From Mustelus asterias (taxonomy: Eukaryota), in the NCBI RefSeq assembly GCF_964213995.1, contig NW_027590701.1, forward strand, positions 62,001 through 126,000: a stretch of DNA of 64,000 nt, read 5' to 3'. The notes beneath the pieces are model-generated. The model ran no database searches and was not told the DNA's origin. It was given only the letters and a program-made list of their open reading frames with translations. The position numbers were made by a program, and so were the translations under genes. Positions 48,545 through 62,594 of this stretch are shown one piece after another. Numbering within the stretch: position 1 is the first letter of the stretch; each line of letters opens with the position of its first letter.

Positions 48545-49984
48545 TTCCAGGGGATTAGATTCTGCTGTTATTGTTTCTGCTCTCAATTACATCCAGGACA
48601 GCATTTTGTTCATTCTCACAGTTAGTCAATGGGGAGGGTCGGAGGGTTTCTTTCTGCTGGACTGGCCGGTCTCATGACTTTGCCTCCAGTGGGCTGATGC
48701 TCTTTGAGTCTTGTTGCGAATAGCTGGTTTCAACTTTCACAAGGATCACAGAGTGACAGGGTGTGAGGAAGTTCAGAGATATTTAGTCAGCATTTCTGTT
48801 TGAAACCCCCCCAAATACCCATCCAATTTCCTTTGTAATTGTTTATTGTCTCCACTTCCTCCATCCTCGTAGGCAGCGAGTTCCAGGTCATTACCATTCG
48901 CTGCATCAAAATATTCTTCCTCACATCTCCTCCTGCATCTCTGACCCAAAACCTTAAATCTGTGTCTCCCTCGTCCTTGTCCCGTCAGCTAATAGGAACA
49001 GCTTTTCTTTGTCCACCTTATCTAAACCTGTCAGAATCTTGTCCACCTCTATCAAAATCTCCCCTCAACCTCCTTTGCTCCAAGGGGAACAACCCCAGTC
49101 TGACATTGACAATAAAGAACAAACTAACAGAATATGTTACTGCCTGAAATCAAATGGGAATGTTTAATTTCTGTTTTAAAGATATTGTGAATATATTGTC
49201 CTGGACAATAAAGGAATTGGAATAACTCACCTTGGGTGTGGTTGAATGGAATATATCAATCTGGTATCCACCTCCAGTTGAGTGAAAGTCTGGAATGTGT
49301 AGCTGGAAATCCCTCCCTAACAGCACTGTGGGTGTACTTACACCTCAGGCATTGCAGCAGTTCAGGAAGGCAGTGTTGGGGTTGACCATGGACGAGGCAG
49401 CTACATACAGCCACATATTCTGTTATAATTGAAGGACTGCAGATTGAATGTGAAGCATTATGGGACTGGACTATCTTGACCACATTCCTGTGACTGCTCA
49501 GTTTCTGCAATCACGGACCATTAAAGCTGCTCAGCAGGGCCCCTCTTATCAGCACACAGGCAGCTGCACTGAGTAACCGACTGCTAACGGAATAGGCTGG
49601 GATGTGGTGGAGATCAGAAAGTCCTGAGTATAGTGAGTCATTGTGATGTCACAAGGTCAGTTGTTATAAGGTGTCTGGTCCACATGATGAGACGGTTCAG
49701 AGCTGTCCATGAGCTGATCACACAGCCACATGATGCCTAATTGTTAGCTTGATTGGATATGTCTGGAATCGATTCATATTGTGATTAGTTTGGAACCAGC
49801 CGGAATGGGCTGCAGTAAATGGATAAGAATGTGTGATTTTCTATGTTCAGGGTAGAGGTTGCAAGGTGAGATCAGCGACTTCCTCCCCGCCGCTGTAAAA
49901 TAAAGACCATTTGATGATTGGAACAGACCTGGGTGTCGAGCAATTTGTCTTCAATCATTCTTCACTAACGCGGCCAAGTTTTAT

Positions 49985-50345
49985 ACCATAAGATATATGA
50001 GCAGAATTAGGCCATTTGGCCCATCAGGTCTGCTCCACCATTCAATCATGGCTGATAAGTATCTGAACCCCATTCTCCCATCTTTTCCCTGTAACCTTTG
50101 ATCCCCTTACCAATCAAGAACCTATCTATCTCTGTCTTAAATCCACTCGATGACCTGGCCTCCACAGCCATCAATGGCAATGAATTCCATCGATTCACCA
50201 CCCTCTGGCTGAAGAAATTCCTCCTCATTTTGGTCCTAAAGGGTTGTCTCTTTATTCTGAGGCTGTGCCCTCAGATCCCAGTCTTTCTTACTAATGGAAA
50301 CATCTTCCCCATGTCCGCTCTGTCCAGGTCTTGCAGTATTCTGTG
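49985..50345 (-). mobile_element. CR1-like LINE 3' fragment
   Basis: RNFFSQRVVNRWNSLP and 3' UTR. Confidence 0.85.
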
Positions 50346-50789
50346 AGTATCCATATTGTTGGTTCATTGTTTTTCAGGGGCGGGTAATGAATGTGTTCAA
50401 TATATACTGACATATATTTTCTTTTAATCTATTCTGGGAGAATGTTTAAAAACTTCTGGTTTATTCTACAAGCAGTGCTATTTCGCGGAAGAATGCTTCT
50501 CAGGGGACCACCAGCAGGATAATTACCCATTTCAGCCATGCAGTTGTTCATCTAAATGGACGTTTGTCTGTTGAAAGGAGGTGCCCTGGGGTTTTGCTAA
50601 AAGGATTGGAATGTGGGTTTAGGAATGCTGGGTCTTGTGATGATGGGGTTAATGGGAGGAGTGAGGCGAGGTTTGGAGTTTAGCTGGAGTTCTGGTTGAA
50701 GACCCGAGCTTCTGGAAGCTGTTCTGAAACTCCCTTTCTCTCTGAAAGCTCCTAGATTTTCGGCATGTATTATAGCCAGTATATTGGTA

Positions 50790-51870
50790 GCAGAGTGGAT
50801 AGTGAAGAAGGTTATCTAGGATTGCAATGGGATCTTGATCAAATGGGCCAGTGGGCTGATGAATGGCAGATGGAGTTTAATTTAGATAAATGTGAGGTGA
50901 TCAAACCAGGGCAGGGTTTACTCAGTTAACGGTAGGGCAATGAGGAGAGTTATAGAACAAAGAGATCTAGAAGTACAGGTTCATAGCTCCTTGAAAGTGG
51001 AGTCACAGGTGGACAGGGTGGTGAAGAAGGTATTTGGCATGCTTGGTTTCATTGGTCAGAACATTGAATACAGGAGCTGGGACGTCTTGTTGAAGTTGTA
51101 CAAGACATTGGTAAGGTCACACTTTGAATACTGTGTACAGTTCTGGTCACCCTATTATAGAAAGGATATTATTAAACTAGAAAGAATGCAGAAAAGATTT
51201 ACTAGGATGCTACCGGGACTTGATGATTTGAGTTATAAGGAGAGGTTGGATAGACTGGGTCTTTTTTCTCTGGAACGTAGGAGGCTTAGGGGTGAACTTA
51301 TAGAAGTCTATAAAATAATGAGGGGCATAGATCAGCTAGATAATCGATATCTTTTTCCAAAGGTAAGGGAGTCTAAATCTAGAGGGCATAGGTTTAAGGT
51401 GGGAGGGAAGAGATACAAAAGGGTCCAGAGAGGCAATTTTTTCACACAGAACATAAGAACATAAGAAATAGGAGCAGGAGTAAGCCATCTGGCCCTTCGA
51501 GCCTGCCCCGCCATTCAACAAGATCATGGCTGATCTGAAGCGAATCAGTTCCACTTACCCGCCTGCTCCCCATATCCCCTAATTCCCTTATCGATCAGAA
51601 AACTATCTACCCGTGATTTAAACATATTCTGTTACAGAGCACCTGAATAAGGTGATGAGTGTCTGGAACAAGCTGCCAGAGGTAGTAGTGGAGGCAGGCA
51701 TAATTTTGTCTTTTACAAAACCTTTAGACAGTTACATGTGTAAGGTGGGTATAGAGGGATATGGGCCAAACATGGGCAATTAGGACTAGCTTAGTGGTTA
51801 AAAAAATAAGGGCGCCATGGACAGGTTGAGCCGAAGACACTGTTTCCATGCTGTAAACCTCGATGACTCT
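50790..51870 (+). mobile_element. CR1-like LINE 3' part with a nested antisense LINE tail (51449-51630)
   Basis: ORF 50940..51464. The nested piece closely matches the 3' end of the 13419 element. Confidence 0.88.
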
Positions 51871-53104
51871 CTGATCTGTGCTTGTTAACTGTATTTAAAG
51901 TGGGATTTGAACCTCTGAACGGATGTTGCTAAGTTAGAAATTAAATTGTTTCCTTTCATTTTAAGTATTCTTCAGCTGTTAATTGTTTACGTTGTTAGTG
52001 TTGTATTTAAACAGTTGTGAATAAAGTTTATTTTGATATTAAAAAATCCCTATTTTCTCATCACTCCTGGAGCAAAGTCTCCTCTCCTCACATTTTTCTC
52101 AAAAAGAAAAAATGTTGGGGTCTCGTCTGGCTTCCTAATATAACTTGGAGTTCCGGCCTGGTATCCGAACAATGGTTACAGAGTGACCAAGGCTGGGAAC
52201 TAAATATTGCAGAATATTTGACACTTTGAAAAGATAGGAAGCTTGGAAAAGGAGGTGGGGTAGCTCTGTTAATGAAGGATGACATTAGTACAGTAGTGAG
52301 AGATGTCCTTAGCCTGAAAGAGCAACACAAAGAATCAGACTGGGTTGAGATGAGAAATAGCACAGGAAAGAGGTGGGAGTGGTCCCTCAGCCTCCTCACA
52401 GTAGTTACCAGTCAGACAGGGTGTACAGGACACTGATGCAGACTCCCTCAGAATACACGGCGTGCAATGGTTAACATGGCCTGAAGAGTAAGAAAACATT
52501 TTGAAATGATCAAGGCACTGACACAAACTCCATAGACAAATGGACTTTAAGACAATGAAGATGGACTGAAGCTTAAAGGAATTTTGGACTGGGACAATTG
52601 AAGGCTCGGGAGAAATAATACTTCATAACATTTATCCACAAGGTGGATCCAGATGAATGGAGAGCTGGAGAATCTTTTATGTCCACACAATCTACTGCAT
52701 TGATTAAATGTACTGACTATAACTCAGAGTGGATCCCTCTCTCCGGGAATCTTGTTTGTGGGGTGTAGGGAGAAAGGGAGGAATGTTGTCCGCCCACACC
52801 CTGTAGGGAGGGGGATGTAACACCACACTAAACTGTACGCTGGAAATTTCCAGTGCCCCCATGAACCCACACAGGTGGCATCCCATGGAGAAGGGGAACA
52901 CAGTGTGACCACCCAGGAGCCTCAATACCAGTACGGTAACACCCACTGCCCAACTCCAGGTTCTGCTTCCACCCACCAGACCCCCCACCGACAATCAGAC
53001 TTTTGGTAATAATCCACATCCGGCCTCCTCACAGGGAGCGGGTAGAGGGGGATTCCTAACCAGCTAATAAGATTTTCAGACAGAATAGTAATAAAGAGTT
53101 AAAT

Positions 53105-53455
53105 AAGACCATAAGATATAGGAGCAGAAATAGGCCGTTTGCCCCATCGAGTCTGCTCCACCATTCAATCATGGCTGATATGATTCTCATCCCCATTCTC
53201 CTACCTTCTCCCTGTAACCCTTGATCCCCTTATTGATCAAGAACCTATCTATCTCTGTCTTAAAGACACTCAATGACCCGGCCTCCACAGCCCTATGTGG
53301 CAATGAATTCCACAGATTCACCACTCTCTGACTGAAGAAATTCCTTCTCATCTTAGTTTGAAAGGAGTGTCCCTTCACTCTGAGATTGTGCCCTCGAGTT
53401 CTAGTCTCTCCCACTCTTGGAAACATCCTCTCCACGTCCACTCTATCCAAGCCCC
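53105..53455 (-). mobile_element. CR1-like LINE 3' fragment
   Basis: ORF 53187..53450. Confidence 0.85.
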
Positions 53456-54590
53456 TCAGAATGATTCTTGAAACTAGTTGATAGCTAACAGGGGAATAGA
53501 CTACACCTACGTGTATGCAGTAAGAAGATTAAACAATTACAATTTGAAAACATATGCTGATATTTTTAAATGTATTTTGAAAATGTTCTAAGTATTGCTC
53601 ACATCACCCAAAAGCAAAGATGCTGCAAAGTATGATGGTATCAGCTAAAAGTTCAGAGCCAAAGGCCTGGGATCCCTTTAGTTCGCAGAATTTATATCAG
53701 AAAGTTTCTTATGAGGGAACACACATTGAAACTTTATGAAAGAGATATTCATTGTCTGGACATAGAATAGATATGTACCTGGACGCAGGAACACGTGTCT
53801 ATTCAGTTTGGCAATGAGCCGGTGGGCACATTCACTTTGACCTCTATGATGAGCGGTTATAGTTACTTAGCAATAGGGATGGGTTCAGCCAAGATGGGGG
53901 TTAGGACCTGGCATTGAATGGATAAATGAGATATCATTATGCTGACTGGCAGAATGTGGTTGGCTGGGGTACTTGATAGAGATTTATATTGATGTGTGTA
54001 TACTAAATGTAATTGATTTTAAGCTAATATAAGGCAGGAATTATTGATAAGAAAATCTATAATTGATCTGTTTTTGATTGTACGTCAGAACCATCGGAGT
54101 GGTTTTTGCCGCTCTGGAGCTACTTAACCCTTTGATGGTCTCCGGGCAGCTGCTTGTTTGTTTGTTTGTCTTTTTAAAATAAATGTTACATCTTTATACA
54201 GAGATACCTGCCTTGTGAGTTTTACATTGTTAAGTTAAAACATAATTGGCCATCTCAAATTACCCCGCGACAGAGCGGGTGAGGATAACCGATGATCCAA
54301 AGGGAAACTTACTGAGGTGCTGCTTCCCAACAAGAAGTGGATCCTGAAACTGTTGGAACATCGACTGGAGTTGAGGAAAGAAACCTGCGCTGCAATGAAT
54401 GTGATAATCCTGACAGCCTTAGGGTGGAGTCAATCTTTATTTGGTGCAGATTTATTCACGGAGTGAAACATTACAGGTGTATACCTCCTAACTCCAGGCA
54501 CCGTCACTAACTGTCCCTTTATAGATCCAATCAATAACCTCCACATGTAGTTCACCTTAATCGATACAATTAACACCCACAGTCAGAGCA

Positions 54591-55280
54591 TCAAGAAAGG
54601 CTCCAATCAGTGTGACTGCTCTGGTGTCCCAGCAGCTCCGATGACCAAGTGAATCCCTTCCCACACACAGGGTGGGTGAAAGGCCTCTCCCCAGTGTGAA
54701 CTCGCCAATGGCTCAGTTGCTTGGATGATGTTCGAAACCTCCTTGCGCAGTGAGAGCAGCAGAACGGTCTCTCCCCAGTGTGAATGCACTGGTGGATCTT
54801 CAGGTCGGCAGAGTTTCTGAACCAACTCCCACAATCAGAGCATTTAAAGGTTTTCCCATTGGTGGGAGTGCGCTGGTGTCTCAGCAGATTGGATAACTGA
54901 GTGAATCCCTTCCTACACTCAGAGTAGGGGAATGGCCTCTCTCCCGTGTGAATGCGCTGGTGTATCAGCAGGGTTGATGAGTCATTGTGTCCCTTCCCAC
55001 ACTCAGAACAAGTGAACGGCCTCTCCCCAGTGTGAACTTGCTGGTACATCAGCAGAATGGAGGCATTACTGAATCTCTTCCCCCACACAGAGCAGGTGAA
55101 TGGCCTCTCCCCAGTGTGAACTCGCTGGTGTTGCTGCAGGGTGGATGAATCAATGAATCCCTTCCCACACACAGAGCAGATGAACAGCTTCTTTCTCCTG
55201 TGCCTGGGTCGATGGGTTTCCAGTTCACAGGGGGCATGGAATCCTTTCCTACAATCCCCACATTTCCACCATATCTTCAA
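54591..55280 (-). pseudogene. Degenerate zinc-finger gene ZNF-11
   Basis: Open frame but many lost ligands (CSVW, YSEC, HPVC, HQRTP). No family ATG, and the leader is replaced by a LINE fragment from ~55320. Confidence 0.8.
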
Positions 55281-55319
55281 GGTATGGACGGCCTTGTAAC
55301 TCTCCAGGTTTGACGATTT

Positions 55320-55785
55320 GGTTCCCTGGATTTAGTTCTCCAACCTTCCCCTTTAAGGGAATAAACCCTGACATTGCCCGCAATAGATTTTCCTTAAAGG
55401 TGGCCCATTGTTCAGCCAGCGGCTTTTCTGCCAACATTTGATTCCAACTCACTCGACTCAGATCCATTCTCATCCTATCGAAGTTGAGGCTTTCCCTCCA
55501 TTAATGATCCCCGTTCTGGATCGTTCCTTGTCCTTTTCCATGGCCAACCTGAACCTTATAATACAATGGTCACTCTCCCCTCAATGCTCTCCCACTGATA
55601 TTTGATCCACTTGGGCCAACTCATTCCCCAGAACCAGGTCCAGCAGTGCCTGCCCTCTCATTGGAGCAGAAACACACTGCTGCAGAAAATTATCTTCAAC
55701 ACCTTCCAGGGACTCATGTCCCTCTTGTCCCTTTGCCCCATTTGGTTTTGTAATTGGTCCGTTCAAATGTTGGCTCGGCAATGAT
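55320..55785 (-). mobile_element. CR1-like LINE endonuclease-proximal fragment
   Basis: FLQQCVSAPMRGQALLDLVLGNE motif. Confidence 0.8.
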
Positions 55786-56279
55786 TGGGTTAAATCAGTC
55801 TCCATAGACTTTGTGATGTAAAAAAGTATAAGAAGGGATTCCCCGAGCACAGAGATTAGTCGAGGTTTTACATATTGCATTGACTGGTGCCATGGCATCT
55901 GGGGCAGAGCAGGGAGCATTTCCGTGGAGATGCTGCTTCTACCCAGAGTGTAATGGTAATGCTGCTGCACTTTGATACGACTGCTCAGACATTAGCCTGT
56001 GTCAGCTCTTATTGATACTGAATAAAATCTAACCACTGTCACCAATAAGGGTTATCACTGGCAATCATTTCAGAGTTTGGGAAAAGGGGAGAAAGGGTTA
56101 ATTGACTCCCTGAACCCCATTTTCTAACATCGCTGTGTCAAAAATAAAATCTCATCTCCCCCTCTGGCTTTTTTGCCAATTACCTTAGAGGGACTCACTT
56201 TCTGTTAAAGAGCCTGCCAATGAGCACAGTCCCGGATGTGATTAACAGCAGCAATAACAGCAGAATTCAACCCCTGTGA

Positions 56280-57038
56280 TCACTTGTGAACTCGTTGGTG
56301 TGTCTGCAGGTGGGATGACTGAGTGAACCCGTTCCCACACACGGTGCAGGTGAATGGCCTCTCCCCAGTATGAACTCGCTGGTGTCTCTGCAGATTGGTT
56401 AACTGAGTGAATCCCTTTCCACAGGCAGAGCAAGTGAATTGTTTCTCCCCAGTGTGAACTCGCTGGTGTACCCGCAGATAGGATGACATTCTAAATCTCT
56501 TTGAGCAGTGAGAGCAACTGAACGGTCTCTCCTCAGTGTGAATGCGCTGGTGGGACATCAGAACCTGAGAGCTTTTGAAGTCGCTCCCACATTCAGAGCA
56601 TTTATAGGGTCTCTCATTGCTGTGAGTGACTCTGTGTCTGCGCATGCTGGATAACCAAGTGAATCCTTCCCCACACACAGGACAGTTGAACGGCCTCTCC
56701 CCGGAATGTACTCGCTGGTGTATCCGCAGGCTGGATAAGTCAGTGAATCCCTTCCCACACACAGGACAGGTAAATGGTCTCTCCGCAGTGTGAATTTGCT
56801 GGTGTGTCTGCAGATGACATAACTGAGTAAATCCAGTACCACAATCAGAACAGGTGAATGGTCTCTTCCCCGTGTGAATTCGTTGGTGTGTTTGCAGGTT
56901 GGATGAATCATAGAATCCCTTCCCACACACAGAGCAGGTGAATGGTCTCTCCCCAGTGTGACTGCGTCGATGAATTTCCAGCTCAGATGGGAACCTGAAT
57001 CCCTTCCCACAGTCCCCACATTTCCACGGTTTCTCTAT
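56280..57038 (-). CDS. C2H2 zinc-finger ORF ZNF-12, 9 intact fingers but start codon ATG>ATA
   Basis: accATAgagaaa at 57036-57038 where paralogs have accATGgagaaa; the rest of the ORF is intact. Confidence 0.7.
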   Translation of the reverse strand: MEKPWKCGDCGKGFRFPSELEIHRRSHTGERPFTCSVCGKGFYDSSNLQTHQRIHTGKRPFTCSDCGTGFTQLCHLQTHQQIHTAERPFTCPVCGKGFTDLSSLRIHQRVHSGERPFNCPVCGEGFTWLSSMRRHRVTHSNERPYKCSECGSDFKSSQVLMSHQRIHTEERPFSCSHCSKRFRMSSYLRVHQRVHTGEKQFTCSACGKGFTQLTNLQRHQRVHTGERPFTCTVCGNGFTQSSHLQTHQRVHK

Positions 57039-57809
57039 GGTTCGGGTGTCCTTGTGACGCTCCAGGTTAAACAATCAGTCAAATCTCACACAGAACACGG
57101 GTACAGTCTCTCCCGCTGTGAATGCTGCGATGTATTTTCAGACTGTGTCACTGGGTAAAGCTCTTTCCACAGTCAGTGCACTGGAACACTCTCACTCGGG
57201 TGTGTGCGTGAGACTTGGTAAATTCTCAGTCACGCTGATGTTTAAAGTCTCCAGAAGCAAAAAGAACAGAGAAATATTTCTCCTTCTAGGTACAAAGGCT
57301 GATGATGTTCAGGACATGATGAATTGAATAAATCTGTCAGATATTGATGTGACATTTGCTTTGAGATTTCTGTCTGTAAATCCTCACCTTCTGATATTCT
57401 GTAAAAGGAATTTATTAAAGTCATCACTGTCAGTACAGGTTAGAAATTCAGAACAGACAATTCTAGTTTCTATGGAACATTCTTTCCTCTCTCATTCTCC
57501 AAAAGCTGTAAATCTCCGTCCCACACACTCTCCCTCCATTCTCACTCTGCTGTACCTAATATTCACCCTCCCAATTCTCCTGAAGGTGCTGATTGAGGCT
57601 GATTGATAGATCCATGCTCACTGCTTCCTGTCTTGGACACAGAGAGCTGAAAATCTCCATGCAGGCGGCCAGATAGATAAATGTCTACATTACTGGAGTA
57701 AAAATGTGTGGAATATACAGACTGGATTCACTTCCTTTCCCTTCAGTTGCTGCAAGTCCCCAATTTTCCCCAGAATGAGAAAATAAATGGAAAGGGGGAG
57801 AAAAAAAAG

Positions 57810-58190
57810 TGTTTTACTCACAGATATTAGAGAGAGCAGGAAAATTTTGTCTGACTGCATCTCCATGTTCATTCACAAAACGCCCGCGCTCTGATTGACT
57901 GGAGGACCAGAGTCCTTCCGGTCCTCCAACTCTTTCCATTGGTCAACGCTTCAGCATGAAGGTTAGGGGGCGGGGTGAGCTCTCATTGCACATGCGCAGC
58001 TTCCCCTCTCCTCTGGACATGCGCAGTCCAATGTGGCCCGCCCGCGTGGTGGATAGAGCGGTTTCTCCATCGTGGGCGATTGTGGGAGCTGCGGCCGCCA
58101 TTACTCATCCGGATCCCAGTCGCTAAACTCCCGGGACTGTGATGGAAAATGGGAGTGGGGGGCGCAGTGACCCCACCCTGACACAAACTA
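57810..58190 (-). promoter_or_regulatory. CpG-rich promoter and first exon of ZNF-12
   Basis: Minus-strand donor at ~57822, spaced palindrome 57900-57928, CCAAT, GC box, acatgcgca x2 and gccgccatt. Confidence 0.7.
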
Positions 58191-58409
58191 CATGTGGGGA
58201 GTCACTGGATATGATTGGGATGTCCCCTTTACAAAACAGTTTGTTAACTTCAGGTGGAAAGATTTAGACATCTGGGTGATATTGGGGAAGGCAGCAGGTG
58301 AGTGTGAAATTGATCCCAAGAGTCAGCACCTTCAGGGGAGGAGAACTGGGGAAAAAGAAGGAGGAGGATAGTAGGATAAATTAGTGTTACAATCAATCAT
58401 ATCAATAGG

Positions 58410-59142
58410 CCTGCATGAGTTTCCTCCACGTGCTCCAGTTTCCTCCCACAGTCTGAAAGACATGCTGATTAGGTGCATTGACCCGAACAGGCGCCGGAAT
58501 GTGGCGATTAGGGGAATTTCACAGGAACTTCATTGCAGTGTTAATGTAAGCCTTACTTGTGACTAATAAATAAACTTTACTTTAGGAAGGAGGGAGTCTG
58601 TGGGGACAGAGATTTATAGTTTGAGATGAAGAAGGATTTTCTGTGACATGTATTTACCTCATTAATTCCCCCAACCCATACACTAAGAGGCAATTTGCCA
58701 TGGCCAATCCACCTAACCTGCACATCTTTGGAATGCGGGATGAAATTGGAGCACTCTGAGCAAACCCATGCAGACACAGGGAGAACATGCAAACTCCACA
58801 CAGAGAGCTGTGGCACAGTGGTTAGCACTGCTACCTCAGAGTGCCAGGGATCCGGTTCAATTCCAGTCTTGGGTGACTGTGTGGAGTTTGCTTGTTCTCT
58901 CCGTACCTGCATGGGTTTCCTCCGGGTGCTCAGGTTTCCTCCCACAGTCCGAAAGACATGCTGGTTCGGTGCATTGGCCATGCTAAATTCTCTTTCAGCG
59001 CACCTAAACAGGTGCCAAGCGTGACGACTAGGGGATTTTCACAGTAACTTCATTGCAGTGTTAATGTAAGCTTACGTGTAACACCTAAGGCCAGAATTGA
59101 ACTCAGGTCCCTGGCGCTGCTGATCACTGTGCCACTGTGCTA
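58410..59142. mobile_element. SINE cluster: partial + copy (58410-58578) and a - copy (58680-59142) split by a nested + copy (58808-59075)
   Basis: V-SINE head and core pieces in alternating orientation. Confidence 0.75.
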
Positions 59143-59618
59143 CCTGTGTTTTAAGAAATCATATTAAAATCTGGAACTCAGATGGGGATATGGATTGGTG
59201 TTAAGTGGGAAGGTCTGGATCAATGCATTACTCCAGAGAGCCAGGAATCAGATTTACAGAATGGATTCCTGTAATAGCAGCAATCCCATTGCTATATGTT
59301 GGTCAGACTGAGGGAAGTATTTAAACTGGACGCCATAGGTGTGTTAAAGGAAAACAAAATCATGAAACTTATGAACTATCTGAAATAATATTGAGAGCAA
59401 AGAAATCAACCTGGAAAATTGTAGTCACTTCACGTTGTTCCAGGAGAAGTGGGATTAGGTTGTGTAGATGTCAGGTTTTACACAGCACACAGTCAGCCTG
59501 TGGTTTCACCCTGGATGAAGAATCTCTGAATTGTACCATTCAATCACTCAATGGGTTTATCAGGGGCCAGAATGTCTGCTCAGAAAGAGGAAGGTTGATG
59601 TGAAACCAATGAGAAGTA

Positions 59619-59698
59619 ACACACACACTCACAGACACCCTTACACACACACTCACAGACACCCTCACACACACACTCACAGACACCCTCACACACAG
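59619..59698. repeat. CA-rich tandem repeat (acacacactcacagacaccct) x3
   Basis: Directly visible. Confidence 0.85.
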
Positions 59699-60389
59699 AG
59701 AGACTCTCAGATGCCTCAAAATATCTCCTGTTACTTTATTGTTCTTAGATTTTGGAAATAAATCCTGAATGAGTTATAAAATCACACACAAATACTTGTT
59801 GATCTTCCCCTGAAAGACATCTATACTGTTCATTTCACTCCCTGTGGTCATGATTTCCATATTCTCACCACTCTTTGGGTGGAGAAATTTATCTTGGATT
59901 TCCTATTGGGTTTCTTGGCGACTGTCTTGTATTGATGGTCTCCAGTTTTGCCTTTCTCCAAAAGAGGAGACATTATTTCAAAATCTTTCATAATTTTGAA
60001 GCCCTCTACTAGGTTCCCCCTCAGCCTTAATTTTTCAAGAAAGCGTGAGCGTGTCAATCCTTTCCTGATAGATAACCAAACACACAGTTTAAAAATCATT
60101 TATGGGATGTAGACATCGCGAGCTTGGCCAGCATTTATTGCTAACCCCTGATTGACCTTGAGAAGGTGATGGTGAGCTGCTTTCTACATTTCTGGTATCA
60201 TCATTAAAAAGCATCTCTGTACCTTTCTCCAGTGCCGAGATATCTTTTTTATAATACGTTGAACAGAATGGCATGCAGTGGTCGGTAAGATTCTTGATCA
60301 GGGAGTCACAGGTTATCCAAAAGTGGTTTGAGCTTATCCATGGTTTTAAATTAGAATATTAAGAAGCGTACGGCAGGGCAAGGTTTACA

Positions 60390-62562
60390 ATTGGGGGAGA
60401 GGTAATTATGATGCGATTAGGCAAGAATTAGGAGGCATAAGTTGGGAACAGAAACTGTCAGAGAAAGGAACTAATGAAAAGTGGAACTTTTTCAAGGAAC
60501 AAATACTGGATGTCCTTGATAGGTATGTCCCTGTCAGGCAGGGAGGAAATGGCCGAGTGAGGGAACCATGGTTCACGAAAGAGGTGGAATGTCTTGTGAA
60601 AAGGAAGAGGGAAGCTTATGTAGGGATGAGGAAACAAGGTTCAGATGGCTCGATTGAGGGTTACAAGTTAGCAAGGAATGAGCTGAAAAAGGGGCTTAGG
60701 AGAGCGAGGAGGGGACACGAGAAGTCCTTGGCGGGTCGGATCAAGGAAAACCCCAAGGCTTTTTACTCTTATGTGAGGAATAAAAGAATGACCAGGGTGA
60801 GGTTAGGGCCGGTCAAAGACAGTAGTGGGAACTTGTGTATGGAGTCAGTAGAGATAGGCGAGGTGATGAATGAATACTTTTCTTCAGTGTTCACCAAGGA
60901 GAGGGGCCATGTTTTTGAGGAAGAGAAGGTGTTACAGGCTAATAGGCTGGAGGAAATAGATGTTCGGAGGGAGGATGTCCTGGCAGTTTTGAATAAACTG
61001 AAGGTCGATAAGTCTCCTGGGCCTGATGAAATGTATCCTAGGATTCTTTGGGAGGCAAGGGATGAGATTGCAGAGCCTTTGGCTTTGATCTTTGGGTCCT
61101 CACTGTCCACGGGGATGGTGCCAGAAGACTGGAGAATGGCGAATGTTGTTCCTCTGTTTAAGAAAGGGAATAGAAATTACCCTGGTAATTATAAACCGGT
61201 TAGTCTTACTTTGGTGGTTGGTAAATTGATGGAACAGGTCCTTAGGGATGGGATTTACGACCATTTAGAAAGATGCGGATTAATCCGGGATAGTCAGCAC
61301 GGATTCGTGAAGGGAAAGTCGTGCCTCACAAATTTGATAGAATTTTTTGAGGAGGTAACTAAGTGTGTTGATGAAGGTAGGGCAGTTGATGTCATATACA
61401 TGGATTTTAGTAAGGATTTTGATAAGGTCCCCCATGGTCTGCTTATGATGAAAGTGAGGAGGTGTGGGATAGAGGGAAAGTTGGCCGATTGGATAGGTAA
61501 CTGGCTGTCTGATCGAAGACAGAGGGTGGTGGTCGATGGAAAATTTTCAGGTTTGGAGGCAGGTTGCTAGCGGAGTGCCGCAGGGATCAGTGCTTGGTCC
61601 TCTCCTCTTTGTGATTTTTATTTATGACTTAGAGGAGGGGGCTGAAGGGTGGATCAGTAAATTTGCTGATGACACCAAGATTGGTGGAGTAGTGGATGAG
61701 GTGGAGGGCTGTTGTAGGCTGCAAAGAGACATAGATAGGATGCAAAGCTGGGCTGAAAAAATGGCAAATGGAGTTTAACCCTGATAAATGTGAGGTGATT
61801 CATTTTGGTAGGACTAATTTAAATGTGGATTACAGGGTCAAAGGTAGGGTTCTGAAGACTGTGGAGGAACAGAGAGATCTTGGGGTTCATATCCACAGAT
61901 CTCTAAAGGTTGCCACTCAAGTGGATAGAGCTGTGAAGAAGGCCTATATTGTGTTAGCTTTTATTAACAGGGGGTTGGAGTTTAAGAGCCGTGGGGTTAT
62001 GCTGCAACTGTACAGGACCTTGGTGAGACCACATTTGGAATATTGTGTGCAGTTCTGGTCACCTCACTATAAGAAGGATGTGGAAGCGCTGGAAAGAGTG
62101 CAGAGGAGATTTACCAGGATGCTGCCTGGTTTGGAGGGTAGGTCTTATGAGGAAACGTTGAGGGAGCTAGGGCTGTTCTCTCTGGAGCAGAGGAGGCTGA
62201 GGGGAGACTTAATAGAGGTTTATAAAATGATGAAGGGGATAGATAGAGTGAACGTTCAAAGACTATTTCCTCGGGTGGATGGAGCTATTACAAGGGGGCA
62301 TAACTATAGGGTTCGTGGTGGGAGATATAGGAAGGATATCAGAGGTAGGTTCTTTACGCAGAGAGTGGTTGGGGTGTGGAATGGACTGCCTGCAGTGATA
62401 GTGGAGTCAGACACTTTAGGAACATTTAAGCGGTCATTGGATAGGCACATGGGGCACACCAGGATGATAGGGAGTGGGATAGCTTGATCTTGATTTCAGA
62501 TAAAGCTCAGCACAACATCGTGGGCCGAAGGGCCTGTTCTGTGCTGTACTGTTCTATGTTCT
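60390..62562 (+). mobile_element. CR1-like LINE, ~2.2 kb ORF2 with RT and two frameshifts
   Basis: ORFs 60557..61570, 61536..61778 and 61768..62487 with the RT motifs; gttctatgttcta tail. Confidence 0.95.
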
Positions 62563-62594
62563 AATTTAGAAACAGGGGAAAAAACACAGAAGAC

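Noticed and set aside
49544-54271. LTR-like segments at ~49544-49988, ~50342-52170 and ~53460-54271 (AATAAA, CA ends)
   Set aside because: Boundaries and TSDs could not be established; left uncalled.
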